A stretch of DNA of 64,000 nucleotides. It comes from Syntrophales bacterium. GTDB lineage: Bacteria; Desulfobacterota; Syntrophia; Syntrophales; PHBD01. The DNA lies in the NCBI GenBank assembly GCA_963668175.1, contig OY764159.1:2528001-2592000 (forward strand). The letters run 5' to 3'. Positions 29,430 to 39,280 of the stretch are shown piece by piece. Both the position numbers and the translations under genes were made by a program. The notes under the pieces were generated by a model. It ran no database searches. It was not told the DNA's origin and saw only the letters and a program-made list of their open reading frames with translations. Within the stretch, counting starts at the first letter, position 1, and each line of letters starts with the position of its first letter.

Positions 29430-30332
29430 ATGACGAAAAAAGATCGTGAGAGCGTGGCAAGGACCAACAATCTGCTGAAAGAGAAATTACTCCGCCGCCT
29501 GCCGGAGGCGGGACGCTGCCCGACCGCCATCGACGGTTTCATGATCTCCCGGCGGCACGACGCGAAGGAGCTGGAAAACTGCGTTTACAAGCCGCTGGTC
29601 GCGGTGGTGGTCCAGGGGTCCAAGCGCTCCGTGATCGGCTCCGAGGAGTACCGCTACGGGGAGAACCACTGCTTGGTCATCGGGGTGGACCTGCCCAGCG
29701 CGAACCACGTCCTTGTCGCGTCGCCGGAGCGGCCGTTCCTGGCGGTGACGCTTGACCTGGACCCCTACCTGATCACGCAGCTCGCGGCCGAAGTCCCGCC
29801 CGCGGCCAAAACGGGGGCCCGCTCATACAAGGGCATGGCCGTGGCGGCGGTCGATCCGGACGTGCTGGACGCGTTCCTCCGCCTGATGGAGCTTCTCGAC
29901 AGGCCCGAACAGATACCGGTGCTTGCGCCGATGATCGTTCGCGAGATCCATTACCGCCTGCTCATCGGGCCCCAGGGGGAGCGCCTGCGGACGGTCAACA
30001 CGCTGGGCACGCAGAGCAACCAGATCGCCAAATCCATCACGTGGCTGAAGGACAACTACAGGGAGCCGCTGCAGGTCGACGAGCTGGCGAGAAAGGTCCA
30101 CATGGCGACGTCCACGTTCCACCGGCACTTCCGGCAGGTGACGACCCTGAGCCCCTTGCAGTTCCAAAAGTGCCTGCGCCTCTATGAAGCCCAGCGCCTG
30201 ATGCTGGTGCAGAACGAGGACGCCGCCGTTGCGGGCTCGGCGGTGGGCTACGAAAGCCCGACGCAGTTCAACAGGGAGTATAAAAGGATGTTCGGCGAGC
30301 CCCCGCACCGGCATGTGAACCAGATGCGGTAG
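29430..30332 (+). CDS. AraC family transcriptional regulator (YqhC-like)
   Basis: VQGSKR, REIHYRLL.G, MATSTFHRHF, SPLQFQK.LRL, VGYESPTQFNREYKRMFG; start uncertain (29346-29430). Confidence 0.93.
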   Translation: MTKKDRESVARTNNLLKEKLLRRLPEAGRCPTAIDGFMISRRHDAKELENCVYKPLVAVVVQGSKRSVIGSEEYRYGENHCLVIGVDLPSANHVLVASPERPFLAVTLDLDPYLITQLAAEVPPAAKTGARSYKGMAVAAVDPDVLDAFLRLMELLDRPEQIPVLAPMIVREIHYRLLIGPQGERLRTVNTLGTQSNQIAKSITWLKDNYREPLQVDELARKVHMATSTFHRHFRQVTTLSPLQFQKCLRLYEAQRLMLVQNEDAAVAGSAVGYESPTQFNREYKRMFGEPPHRHVNQMR

Positions 30333-30518
30333 GCCGATTTTGCGTATAAATACAATCTTTGAAGATTGCCGCCGGCGCGGCTATGAAATGGCCGTAAAAA
30401 ATTCTATTGATCGCCTTCACCGGAAAAAATCCTCATATATGGTAAAATTTCTTTATATATCCAAACTCTCATAACACCCCGAAAAATATATGCTTTACAA
30501 TTTCAAGCACATGCCATG

Positions 30519-30534
30519 CGGCATATGAATTGCT
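30519..30534 (+). promoter_or_regulatory. Sigma-54 promoter
   Basis: CGGCATATGAATTGCT (GG-N10-GC) following an AT-rich tract. Confidence 0.6.
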
Positions 30535-31066
30535 AACGATATAAATGTGCTTATGGCCTGCGAGTAGGGAGAAGCGGGTATCATCAGGAAAATCTCTCCC
30601 GCTTTTGTCTTTTTTCGTTCCGGCTTTACGGTCGCAGGCCGCCCTTACAATCGATCAAAATAGACCATTCTATTCCGGACACGCGCGGAAATGTCCGCGG
30701 CTGCCGTTCCCGGGCCCGCCGCCATGCCGCTTCCGGGCCTCGGCCCGGCCGGTGCCGCGGCTGCAGGAAAGAAGCGCATGAAACAGCCTCCGGCTGAAAT
30801 CGACGATCGGGAAGCAGCATCGGGAACGGTTCCGCCTCTTTTATGAAACGGCAATATTTAAAGCCTATGCAATTCGGAGGAGTTTTGCCCCCATCGTCAG
30901 GGGCGCGTCCCCCGGCTGGGAAAAGCTGCGTATCATGATTCATCCCTCCGGGGAATCTAACCGCAATCAAGTATGAATGCCCCCGGGAATGACGCTGCAA
31001 AACCAGAAGAGGGCAAGTGGAGTTGTCCGGCAATCCGCCCTGGCGCGGCCCAAGCGAAAGGAAGCT

Positions 31067-32197
31067 ATGAAAAAGGAAATTTCAAGAAGGACATTCATGA
31101 AAATGGGCGCCCAGGGGGCCCTGGCCCTGGGGTTCTGCGGCCTGGCTACCGGCTCCGGCCGGAACGCGTCCGGCATCGCACCGACCCCGCATGCGCCGTC
31201 CCCGAACCGTGCCGTCCATCCCGCCGCCGTTGCCGCCGTAAAGGGCAACAATCTGGATTCCATGACGAGAGACGCCATCGAGGCAATCGGGGGGATGGGT
31301 TCCGTCGTCAATAAGGGCGATACCGTATTCATCAAGCCGAACTTCGTCACTTTCCCCTGGGCTCGGACGAACAGATGTTTTCATATCGGAGAATGCACCA
31401 AGCCTGAAATTATCATGGCGGCCGCCGAAGAGTGCCTTAAGGCCGGAGCCGGGAAGGTCGTCATAGGCGACGGTTCCCAGATGCCGACCTACGACTGGAA
31501 ATACTCGTATACCCTGGATGGAAGCACGAACATGGTCGAACAGGCCGCCAGGCTGAACGGCAGGTACGACGGCAAAATATCCCTGGCCTGTCTGGAGGTC
31601 GATTATCCGTGCGACTATGCGATCCCTTCCCGCACCGCCCATGACAAATTATATGTCTCGAATATCTACGCCATAGCGGACAAAGTGATCTCCATCCCGG
31701 TTGCAAAGACCCATCGCTGGTCCCAGCTGTCGCTGGGAATGAAGAATTTCGTGGGCGCACTTTCCATTCAAAAATACGGCGCGTTCTTGAAAAATTCGTA
31801 TTGGGACAGGGGGAGCAAAATCGACCATTCGAGCGTATCGGCAATATCCCAGGCATTTTTAGACGTGGTTGCCGCAAAAAGGCCCGATCTCACGATTATC
31901 GATTTCTCCATCGGTCTGGAGGGAAACGGCCCTTCGACCGGAGCGGGCGGGAAAACCGTGGATGTGAAAAACCGATTGGGGTCCTGGCTGGTGCTGGCAA
32001 GCCGGGATGTCCTGGCTGCGGATACCGTCGCGGCCAGGGCCATGAGTCATCAGGTCCCGAAAATCAAGCAGCTGACTATGGGATACGATATGGGGCTCGG
32101 TCAAATCGACGAGTTATCCATCGAGATAATCGGGGAAAGGCTCGCCGATATTCAAATGGATTGGGCGCCGGCGGTTCTCGCGAACTCCTATGCCTGA
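31067..32197 (+). CDS. Tat-exported DUF362 domain protein
   Basis: ISRRTFMK twin-arginine signal; VFIKPN, TKPE, IPVAKTH, LGMKN.VG, EGNGP. Confidence 0.88.
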   Translation: MKKEISRRTFMKMGAQGALALGFCGLATGSGRNASGIAPTPHAPSPNRAVHPAAVAAVKGNNLDSMTRDAIEAIGGMGSVVNKGDTVFIKPNFVTFPWARTNRCFHIGECTKPEIIMAAAEECLKAGAGKVVIGDGSQMPTYDWKYSYTLDGSTNMVEQAARLNGRYDGKISLACLEVDYPCDYAIPSRTAHDKLYVSNIYAIADKVISIPVAKTHRWSQLSLGMKNFVGALSIQKYGAFLKNSYWDRGSKIDHSSVSAISQAFLDVVAAKRPDLTIIDFSIGLEGNGPSTGAGGKTVDVKNRLGSWLVLASRDVLAADTVAARAMSHQVPKIKQLTMGYDMGLGQIDELSIEIIGERLADIQMDWAPAVLANSYA

Positions 32198-32254
32198 ACG
32201 GGCCGCCGGGATTCAGGGCGCATTTTATCGGACAAATACAAAAAGAATGGGGGG

Positions 32255-33271
32255 ATGGTCATGATCAGAAATGGATTGTTTGCGGTTGCAGTCATACTGA
32301 TATCGATGTGTTTGGTTCATTGTGCGCGAAACGGCGGGCCTCCGTCGGCAATCCAAAGTTACGCCCAGAAAACACCGGTGAAAAGGACCGTAACGTGGGT
32401 ATCCTCCGCCAAACCGGCTTCCGGCGGCAGTCTGCGCATCGCGCGGACGACAAGCGACGGGACCACTTCCAGGATCGCCTACCTCACCGATTCGCCGCAT
32501 AACGACTACAAACCGGTGATCAGCCCGGACGGCACCAAGATCGCTTTTTTCCGCTCCTACAGCGAGGGAAACGATTTCTTCCTCTGGAAGAGTTCCATCT
32601 GCGTGATGAACGCGGACGGCAGCGGCTTTCGCGAGTTGACGGACCATCAATACATGAACACCGAACCCTACTGGACGCGCGACGGCTCCAACCGGATCAC
32701 CTGGTCGCGGATGATCCATTCTTCGGAAGGGAAATACGGAACGTATGTTTACCGGACCGCTTGGGATGCCAAGCCCGGCGACGAACGGCAAATCTCGGCG
32801 ACCAACTGGGAGTGGGGAAACAGCAGCCTGAAAGACGGCCGCATGTTCGTCAGCCGGGGGAAGGCGCACCATCTGATGAAACCGGACCCTTCCGGCAAAC
32901 CCGCCTACCGGGAAATACGCTACCCGGACACGTATCATTATCTGCACAAGGCGACGATTTCCAACGACGAGACCAGGATCGCCTATATGAAAAAGATCGT
33001 CACAAACGGCGACGATTATCGCGGCTCTCAAATCGTCCTGGCCGACTTCGACGCATCCGTTCCGGCTATCGCCAATGAAGTGGTGGTTTCTCCCCTGGAC
33101 CCGTCGAAGTTTACCTGGTACGTCAGCATCTCGCCCGACAATCAATATCTGCTCTACGCCCAGAACGGCAGGATCATGATGTACGATGTCGAGACCCGCA
33201 CAAACAGCCGGATATCGACGATGAATACCGTCGAATACCGATATCCCTGCATCGAAGGCGCTGTGAAGTAG
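32255..33271 (+). CDS. TolB-like/PD40 beta-propeller exported (lipo)protein
   Basis: PVISPDGTKIAF, VMNADGSG.RELT, ISPDNQYLLY; hydrophobic N-terminus with Cys. Confidence 0.8.
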   Translation: MVMIRNGLFAVAVILISMCLVHCARNGGPPSAIQSYAQKTPVKRTVTWVSSAKPASGGSLRIARTTSDGTTSRIAYLTDSPHNDYKPVISPDGTKIAFFRSYSEGNDFFLWKSSICVMNADGSGFRELTDHQYMNTEPYWTRDGSNRITWSRMIHSSEGKYGTYVYRTAWDAKPGDERQISATNWEWGNSSLKDGRMFVSRGKAHHLMKPDPSGKPAYREIRYPDTYHYLHKATISNDETRIAYMKKIVTNGDDYRGSQIVLADFDASVPAIANEVVVSPLDPSKFTWYVSISPDNQYLLYAQNGRIMMYDVETRTNSRISTMNTVEYRYPCIEGAVK

Positions 33272-33502
33272 ATATTGCGCAGGCGGTCGAATGGTTCCAT
33301 GGCCATGCCCGGATTGACCGCGCATGCGATCCTGCCGCGGACTCCCGCGGAAGCGGGCGCGGCCTGGCGGCCGGGAAGAACGCCGCCGCCTGAACGAAGC
33401 GGAAGCGATACCCGTATCGGGTCGGAACCCGGATACGGCGGCCGTTCCGCCTGGATATAAAAAGGAGACCCGCACGGGTCCCCTTTCCGTTTTCTCAGGG
33501 AA

Positions 33503-34036
33503 TCATCTTGCGGAAGACATTCCCGGCTTCAGAATGAATGTGGTGTCTTTGCGGAAAAGATCGCTGCCGTCGATACGATGGAGATAAAGGCGAAAATTCT
33601 GATGGCGTATGTAATATTCAGGATAATTGACGGCTTCGAAAGAAAAAGCGCCGCTTCCGTCAAGGCCGGGAACGATTCTGAATGTGGCGTCTTTTCGGAA
33701 GAGATCGCTGCCGTCGGGACGATGCAATTTCAATTCGAAGTTCTGATGCCTCAGATAATGATCCGGATAATTCACCGAACGAAAAGAGAAGAGCTTCCCG
33801 TCCGCCAGGCCCGGGACAAGGACGAAACTCGCATCCTGTCGATCCAGATCGGAGTGAACAGGATCGATGTAACCCAGAAATCCCTTGTGGCGAATGTATC
33901 TGTCCGGGTAATTGACGGATTGAAAGGACGACTCTGCGGATTGGGCCTGAACAACGGTGACATCCACCCATGCCGTAATTGCCATCATGATGCATAACAG
34001 ACGGAATGACGTGCGGAAACAATCCTGATATTTCAC
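33503..34036 (-). CDS. Stand-alone secreted AbfB (CBM42-like) domain protein
   Basis: Three repeats SFxxVNYPxxY(I/L)RH...DA/TxF; signal peptide. Confidence 0.88.
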   Translation of the reverse strand: MKYQDCFRTSFRLLCIMMAITAWVDVTVVQAQSAESSFQSVNYPDRYIRHKGFLGYIDPVHSDLDRQDASFVLVPGLADGKLFSFRSVNYPDHYLRHQNFELKLHRPDGSDLFRKDATFRIVPGLDGSGAFSFEAVNYPEYYIRHQNFRLYLHRIDGSDLFRKDTTFILKPGMSSAR

Positions 34037-34170
34037 AATCTGTACCCCCTTAACATGTATTTTTCATTATGACCGCGCGCGCAACGATTACCATATTCAA
34101 AGTCAATAATCAGCCGTTTTGAGCGTCGGATTTTCCTCCGTCTCCGCAGCAGCCATGCCGCGTGCATCCG

Positions 34171-34206
34171 GCGGCCGCCATCAAGAAGATCGACAGCCTG
34201 ACGTAG
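34171..34206 (+). repeat. Displaced copy of the last 36 nt of the gene at 25464-26297
   Basis: GCGGCCGCCATCAAGAAGATCGACAGCCTGACGTAG versus 26262-26297 GAGGCCGCCATCAAGAAGATCAACAGCCTCACGTGA. Confidence 0.85.
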
Positions 34207-34213
34207 TGTGGAC

Positions 34214-34300
34214 GACCCGTGGCAAGGACGGATCGTCATCCGCGACAGGGCCGCGTCGAATGCGGCAATCCGCTCTTCTTCACCAACTCCGACGTCTGGA
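34214..34300 (+). pseudogene. Degenerate copy C of the tupA 3' end
   Basis: GACCCGTGGCAAGG...TCGTCATCCGCGAC..GGCCGCG...CCGCTCTTCTTCACCAACTCCGACGTCTGG resembles tupA 20241-20327. Confidence 0.75.
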
Positions 34301-34405
34301 ACCGGGCGCAGAAGATAAGAGGCAGTTCATCCAACGGGCCGGGTGATCTTTATGCCGTTTCCCTGAAGCGGATATCGGGGACGCCGGTTGAAAGAACGAA
34401 ACGGC

Positions 34406-34434
34406 TTGACACGTGTCACGTGACACGTTATAAA
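34406..34434 (+). promoter_or_regulatory. higBA sigma-70 promoter with overlapping operator
   Basis: TTGACA-17 bp-TATAAA enclosing the perfect 18-bp palindrome ACGTGTCACGTGACACGT (34411-34428). Confidence 0.85.
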
Positions 34435-34440
34435 GGAAGC

Positions 34441-34725
34441 ATGATAAAGACCTTTTTCGACAAGCATACGAAGGATCTTTATGAAACCGGAAAATCGAAA
34501 AAGTTTCCGCCCGATCTTCTCAGAAGGGCCATACGCAGGCTTGAATATATCGATCTCGCCGCCGGTGTCGACGATCTTAAAATACCGCCGAGCAACCGCC
34601 TGCATCCTTTGAAGGGCGGCAGGGAAGGACAATTCGCGATTTCAATAAACGATCAATGGCGCATATGTTTCCGGTTCGTTGACGGCGATGCCTATGACGT
34701 CGAAATAACCGATTATCATTCGTGA
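34441..34725 (+). CDS. higB: HigB (RelE/ParE family) toxin
   Basis: MIKTF.DK.T, PPSNRLHPLKG.REGQFAISINDQWRICF, VEITDYH. Confidence 0.93.
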   Translation: MIKTFFDKHTKDLYETGKSKKFPPDLLRRAIRRLEYIDLAAGVDDLKIPPSNRLHPLKGGREGQFAISINDQWRICFRFVDGDAYDVEITDYHS

Positions 34726-34733
34726 GGTTAACT

Positions 34734-35048
34734 ATGAGCACGACAAATAGAATAAATCGCAGAATCAGACCGACCCACCCGGGGGAAATGCTGCGGGAGG
34801 ATTTTATGCCCGATTACGGGTTGAATGTGTCGGGCCTTGCCGAGGCGCTTGGGGTTTCCCGTCAGACAATCAACGAGTTGTTGCGGGAGCACAGGGCGCT
34901 TACGCCTTTAACGGCATTGCGCCTGAGCCGGCTGTTTGGAAACTCGCCGGAATTTTGGCTCAACGCGCAAAGAGCCGTCGATCTGTGGGATGCGCAAAAC
35001 AGTTACGGCAAAGAGATAAAGCGCATCCGGCCGCTGAAAGCCGCATAG
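34734..35048 (+). CDS. higA: HigA antitoxin (HTH)
   Basis: PTHPGEMLREDF, LAEALGVSRQTINE, ALRLSRLFGNSPEFWLNAQ. Confidence 0.93.
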   Translation: MSTTNRINRRIRPTHPGEMLREDFMPDYGLNVSGLAEALGVSRQTINELLREHRALTPLTALRLSRLFGNSPEFWLNAQRAVDLWDAQNSYGKEIKRIRPLKAA

Positions 35049-35052
35049 GTGT

Positions 35053-35251
35053 TTAAGCAGGCTGTTGAAAAACGCCCATCTGTCGCGTTGCGCTGCAAGC
35101 CTCGTCAATCGACATACTTCTTGTATGACTCATTCCTCGGCTTTTGCGCGCCTTACATCTGGACATTTTTGAACACCCCCTATGCAGGGGGCATGGCCTG
35201 CGCGCCCCCTGCATAGGGGGTTCAAAATCGAGTTTTTCAAAAAGCTGTTAA
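35053..35251 (+). repeat. MITE-like dispersed repeat, copy 2 (longest)
   Basis: TTAAGCAGGCTGTTGAAAAACGCCCATCTG...GTTCAAAATCGAGTTTTTCAAAAAGCTGTTAA imperfect terminal inverted repeats; internal CCCCC-N6-GGGGG hairpins. Confidence 0.8.
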
Positions 35252-35261
35252 AGTTTGTAAG

Positions 35262-35287
35262 CTTCCCGGATTCCGACGCCTGAATGA
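35262..35287 (+). repeat. Short degenerate copy D of the tupA 3' end
   Basis: CTTCCCGGATTCCGACGCCTGAATGA versus copy B CTTCCCGGACTCCGACGCGTGGGTGA. Confidence 0.5.
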
Positions 35288-35366
35288 TTCGGGGGCCGCC
35301 ATCTCCTGACTAGGGGATGGTAACACTGGAATTGAATAGAATATGAGATAATAAGCTTTATGATCT

Positions 35367-36380
35367 ATGATTGATAAAAAGAAAAGAAGGAATATGAAGA
35401 AAGTATCCAAGCAGTTTCCAGAACTGTTTCATTATACGAATCTGACTGCTTTTAAGAAGATTTATGAAACAAATATTTTCAGAGCGACACATTATAAGGA
35501 CCTGAATGATAGTTCCGAGTTTTCACAGTTCAGACTGAAAGTACATGAATTTATCCGACCGAAAATCCAGACATACTTGGCAAGAATACGGAGGCAAGAT
35601 GTTGAGATTGAGAGACAAATCTCTGAGCGAGGCGGCATCGATTCGGTGGCTGAAGAAAATGCAATAAGACATGTCGATACAATGCACGAACATACATTCA
35701 ATGAGCGAATGTATAAACAAACATTTGTTTGTTCTTTTTGCGGACATCTTATGCCGTCGTATGAAGCAAGTCACGGATTGTTAAGTCAATGGCGAGCGTA
35801 TGGAGTGAGCGACGGTGTCGTCATTGTGCTTGACACGGAGCGTGTTGAGAAAATGTTAGAGCGTGATTATTATGCCTTCCAAATTCAGATAAGTATGATG
35901 GGCGATGTTGTTTATGATGATAACAACAAGAGAATTAAAAAGGATTATGGAAACGTCTTTAAACATTTACCTAAGATAATCGAAATTGAATTTAACAAGC
36001 TCTGGTTTAGTAGAAGATCGGAAGTCGAAGAGCTATATGCAGACATGCATGATCATTTCCTTTTAGGTTCGGTTTTAGTTAAACATCGCGCATTTAAGGA
36101 AGAAAATGAACTCCGAATTGTTGTGGCTCCTAACACTGCGGAATCCTTCACTGCATACGACCCCAATAGTTCCAAAAAGAAGAAGGAAATAAGTTGGATA
36201 CCTAAAGATAATCGTGAAATCAGATACATTGAGATGTTTGGTAATGAACCTCTTCCAATCAAGCGTATAATCGTCGGACCTTCAAAGATACAAAACTTCA
36301 ATTATCAGACAGTCAGAGATATCGTTGGTGAAAATACGGACATCGAAATCTTAAAATCCGAAATTCCCTTCTTAGGCTGA
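35367..36380 (+). CDS. DUF2971 domain protein, AT-rich
   Basis: LFHYT, LNDSSE, FVCSFC, LLSQWRAYG, KHRAFKEENELR, IIVGPS. Confidence 0.88.
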   Translation: MIDKKKRRNMKKVSKQFPELFHYTNLTAFKKIYETNIFRATHYKDLNDSSEFSQFRLKVHEFIRPKIQTYLARIRRQDVEIERQISERGGIDSVAEENAIRHVDTMHEHTFNERMYKQTFVCSFCGHLMPSYEASHGLLSQWRAYGVSDGVVIVLDTERVEKMLERDYYAFQIQISMMGDVVYDDNNKRIKKDYGNVFKHLPKIIEIEFNKLWFSRRSEVEELYADMHDHFLLGSVLVKHRAFKEENELRIVVAPNTAESFTAYDPNSSKKKKEISWIPKDNREIRYIEMFGNEPLPIKRIIVGPSKIQNFNYQTVRDIVGENTDIEILKSEIPFLG

Positions 36381-36404
36381 AAAAGACAATTTGCCACAAT
36401 TCGG

Positions 36405-36443
36405 GGGCCGGTCCCACACCATGCCATGCGTGGAACCGGCCCT
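36405..36443. terminator. Hairpin terminator between convergent DUF2971 and MCP genes
   Basis: GGGCCGGTCCCAC...GTGGAACCGGCCC followed by T-rich sequence. Confidence 0.6.
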
Positions 36444-36483
36444 TTCGATTTTTTACGTTCAATATGCTTTCCTGCCCCGGTTA

Positions 36484-38226
36484 TCAGGCGCCGTTGATGA
36501 CGGCGGTCAGTTCGCCTACGTAAGTCTGCATGCGCTGGGACTGGCCGCTCATCTCCGCGGCGCTCCCCGACGATTCCTCCGCGTTGGCCGCCGTCCTCTG
36601 GACGACCTTGTCCATTTCCACCACGGCCTTGCCGATCTGGTCGATGCCCCGCGCCTGCTCGTCGGAGGCGACGGCGATCTCCGACACAAGGCTCTCTACC
36701 TTGCCGGTGATGGCGACGTTTTCCCGGAAGGCCTCCTGGGTCTGGAGGGTCAGCCCGTGGCTCTTCTTCACGACGGCGATCGTGTTCTCGATCAGCGAAG
36801 ACGTGTTTTTGGCCGCTTCCGCCGCCCGCATGGCGAGATTCCTCACCTCGTCGGCGACGACGGCGAACCCCGCCCCCGCCTCGCCCGCACGCGCCGCCTC
36901 CACCGCGGCGTTCAGGGCCAGGAGGTTCGTCTGGAAGGCGATTTCGTCGATCGTCTTGACGATCTTGCCCGTCTCCTCGCTGGAGCGCGACACCTCCCCG
37001 ATGGACTCCGTCATGTTGTTGATATGCCCCTCGACCTGCTCCACGACCTTTCCCGCCTGCGATGTCAGGCTCCGGGCCTGGGCGGCATTGTCGGCGTTGG
37101 TCTTCGTCATGGCCGTCAATTCCTCCAGGGAGGCCGAAGTCTGTTCGATGGCCGCCGCCTGCTCGGTGGAGCCTTCCGCGAGGGACTGGCTGGCCGAGGC
37201 CACGGTGCCGGCAGCACCTTCCACGAAGGAGGACGTCTCCGCCAGGCCGGCGATGACGTTTTCAATCGGCTTCGTGATGGAACGGGAGAAGAAGTAGATG
37301 GCGACGCACGATACGGCCAGGAAAACGACGCCCAGGATCAAAAGGAGATTGCGGATCCTGTGGGCCGCGGCCATGAGCTCGTCTACATCCTGCGCCACGC
37401 CCACGCTCCAGCCCGTGAGCGGCACGGGCGCAAAACCGGCCAGCTTCTTCACCCCCTGCATCGCGTAGTTGACCGATCCCGTCTGCTGCTGCGTCATTTT
37501 GCCGATCAGGTCCTTCAAATCCGCCTGTTCGGAAAAGTTGGTCTTGAGCACCACATCCTGCTTGGGATGGGCGATGGCGAATCCCTGCTTGTTGATCATA
37601 TAGGCGTAGCCCGTCTTTCCGAGCTTGAGGGATGTGATCTTGTCGCAGAGGTACTCGATGTTGACGCCGATGACGACGGCGCCGACGAATTCCCCCGATT
37701 TCGAATAGAGGGGGCCGGCCAGCGGCATGTAAGGCTTGCCCGATACCCGGGAGATGGTCACGTTTCCCACATTGACGTTGCCCGCCTTGGCCGCCAGGAA
37801 ATAGTCGCGGTCGCCGGTTTTCGTGCCGACGACCCGGCCGTCGTTGTCGGTGAAGCAGACGCCGTTCTTGTCCGTGAGGAAGATGGACGAGTAGTCCTTG
37901 CCGATCTTCTTATGGATGGCGACGATCTCCTTGTGCACGCGTTCGATGTCCGCCGCCGCCGCGGCCCCCACAGAGGCTTTGGCCGCCGCGTCGGAGAACG
38001 CCTCGTTGACCGACAGGGTGCCGACGACTTTCATCTCCTCCATCAACACCATCTGGACCATGGTGGACATGCTCTTGGCATGCTGTTCCGCCTGCATGGC
38101 GGCGATCTCGTTCAGGGCGCCGGATACGGAAAAGAAAGAATAGATACCGACGATCAGGAGAGCGGTAACGGCGATGACGGCCCCCCCGGAAATCAACTTG
38201 AACCGCAACGATCTTTTTCCGAACAT
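36484..38226 (-). CDS. Methyl-accepting chemotaxis protein with dCache sensor
   Basis: Two TM helices, DRDYF, GKTGYAYMIN, IAFQTNLLALNAAVEAARAGEAGAGFAVVADEVR. Confidence 0.96.
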   Translation of the reverse strand: MFGKRSLRFKLISGGAVIAVTALLIVGIYSFFSVSGALNEIAAMQAEQHAKSMSTMVQMVLMEEMKVVGTLSVNEAFSDAAAKASVGAAAAADIERVHKEIVAIHKKIGKDYSSIFLTDKNGVCFTDNDGRVVGTKTGDRDYFLAAKAGNVNVGNVTISRVSGKPYMPLAGPLYSKSGEFVGAVVIGVNIEYLCDKITSLKLGKTGYAYMINKQGFAIAHPKQDVVLKTNFSEQADLKDLIGKMTQQQTGSVNYAMQGVKKLAGFAPVPLTGWSVGVAQDVDELMAAAHRIRNLLLILGVVFLAVSCVAIYFFSRSITKPIENVIAGLAETSSFVEGAAGTVASASQSLAEGSTEQAAAIEQTSASLEELTAMTKTNADNAAQARSLTSQAGKVVEQVEGHINNMTESIGEVSRSSEETGKIVKTIDEIAFQTNLLALNAAVEAARAGEAGAGFAVVADEVRNLAMRAAEAAKNTSSLIENTIAVVKKSHGLTLQTQEAFRENVAITGKVESLVSEIAVASDEQARGIDQIGKAVVEMDKVVQRTAANAEESSGSAAEMSGQSQRMQTYVGELTAVINGA

Positions 38227-38307
38227 AATCTTCTCCTTGAAAAATAATCATTCGTGACGACCGGTTGTGATCCGGCTGCGAAGGGCCTTTCAGTTTATTT
38301 AGGTCCT

Positions 38308-38324
38308 CGCACAAATCGTGCCCC
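38308..38324 (-). promoter_or_regulatory. Sigma-54 promoter of the MCP
   Basis: Minus strand GGGGCACGATTTGTGCG (GG-N10-GC). Confidence 0.6.
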
Positions 38325-38463
38325 GATCCGAATGTTCGTAATTTATCATTATATCACAGGGATATTGAGCAGGCGAGTATTTGTTCGCAAGGAAGGTCAA
38401 CCGGCGGTGTCCTGTATCGCGTGAAGGGTGTCTGGATGGGCCGGACATGAACGGGCAGGCGGT

Positions 38464-38579
38464 TCACGCTCCCCGCTTTTCTATGCATTTGAGATACTGC
38501 CGGGTCAGGAGATCGCAACTGCGCTCGAAGACGTGGCCGGGGAGGAAGGTCTTGCAGCCGGTGTCGGCGAGGATGCGCC
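38464..38579 (-). pseudogene. Displaced copy of the 3' end of the MBL hydrolase gene
   Basis: Encodes RILADTGCKTFLPGHVFERSCDLLTRQYLKCIEKRGA* versus RILADTGCKTFLPGHGFERSRDLLARQYRIFTERSRE* at 39574-39689. Confidence 0.9.
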
Positions 38580-38686
38580 GAACCGCTGATTCAGCGACTC
38601 TTGTGGTTTATCGGAAGGCATTCAGATGTTCAAGCCGCCATGTAGGTGCGGTGCTTGCAATGTGCAAGCCTGCGGCATCGTGTGAA

Positions 38687-39280
38687 CTACAGCAAAAGAT
38701 TGTCTTTCTGCAGGTCGTTCAAAAAAGCCAGCAGCATACCGTCGATCACTTCCTTTCCCATGTCGACAGGCGAATGGGTCGGGGTCAGAAAAATCATGAA
38801 GAGCTGTATCCATGTGTCCATATAGTTCTCGTATCGATATTGCTTCAGTAATTGATCGCCTTTCTTGACATCTACAATGAGCGTGAAATTGTCTCTCGCA
38901 AAGCCCGGAAGCACGGTAAATGTGAATCCGGAAACAAATCCGCTTATGAACGCAGCAGCTATGTTCCCATCGTTCTTGAGCACCAGCGATAAGTGATATT
39001 TTTCTCTGCCTGTCCCCGGACTGAATTTCGAAAAGACGTTACTCTTAGCGAAGACTTTTTCTATTTCTCCCTGGAAGTGGCTTACGCTGCCGGCATTTTC
39101 TCTGTCCAGTGAAAAACATTTGACATCGTAATCAACGGCCGGCTTCGGTTCGCGGACGAGGACTTGTTCGTACGTATATTTCGGCAGATTGTTACCCGGA
39201 AAACTTGCACACCCCACAGCCAGAAAGCAGAGAATGCCCACTACGAAATACTTCATGCCGGCAAATCGTTTCCGTCTCAT
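38687..39280 (-). CDS. Hypothetical lipoprotein, AT-rich
   Basis: Lipobox AVGC, internal hydrophobic segment. Confidence 0.8.
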   Translation of the reverse strand: MRRKRFAGMKYFVVGILCFLAVGCASFPGNNLPKYTYEQVLVREPKPAVDYDVKCFSLDRENAGSVSHFQGEIEKVFAKSNVFSKFSPGTGREKYHLSLVLKNDGNIAAAFISGFVSGFTFTVLPGFARDNFTLIVDVKKGDQLLKQYRYENYMDTWIQLFMIFLTPTHSPVDMGKEVIDGMLLAFLNDLQKDNLLL

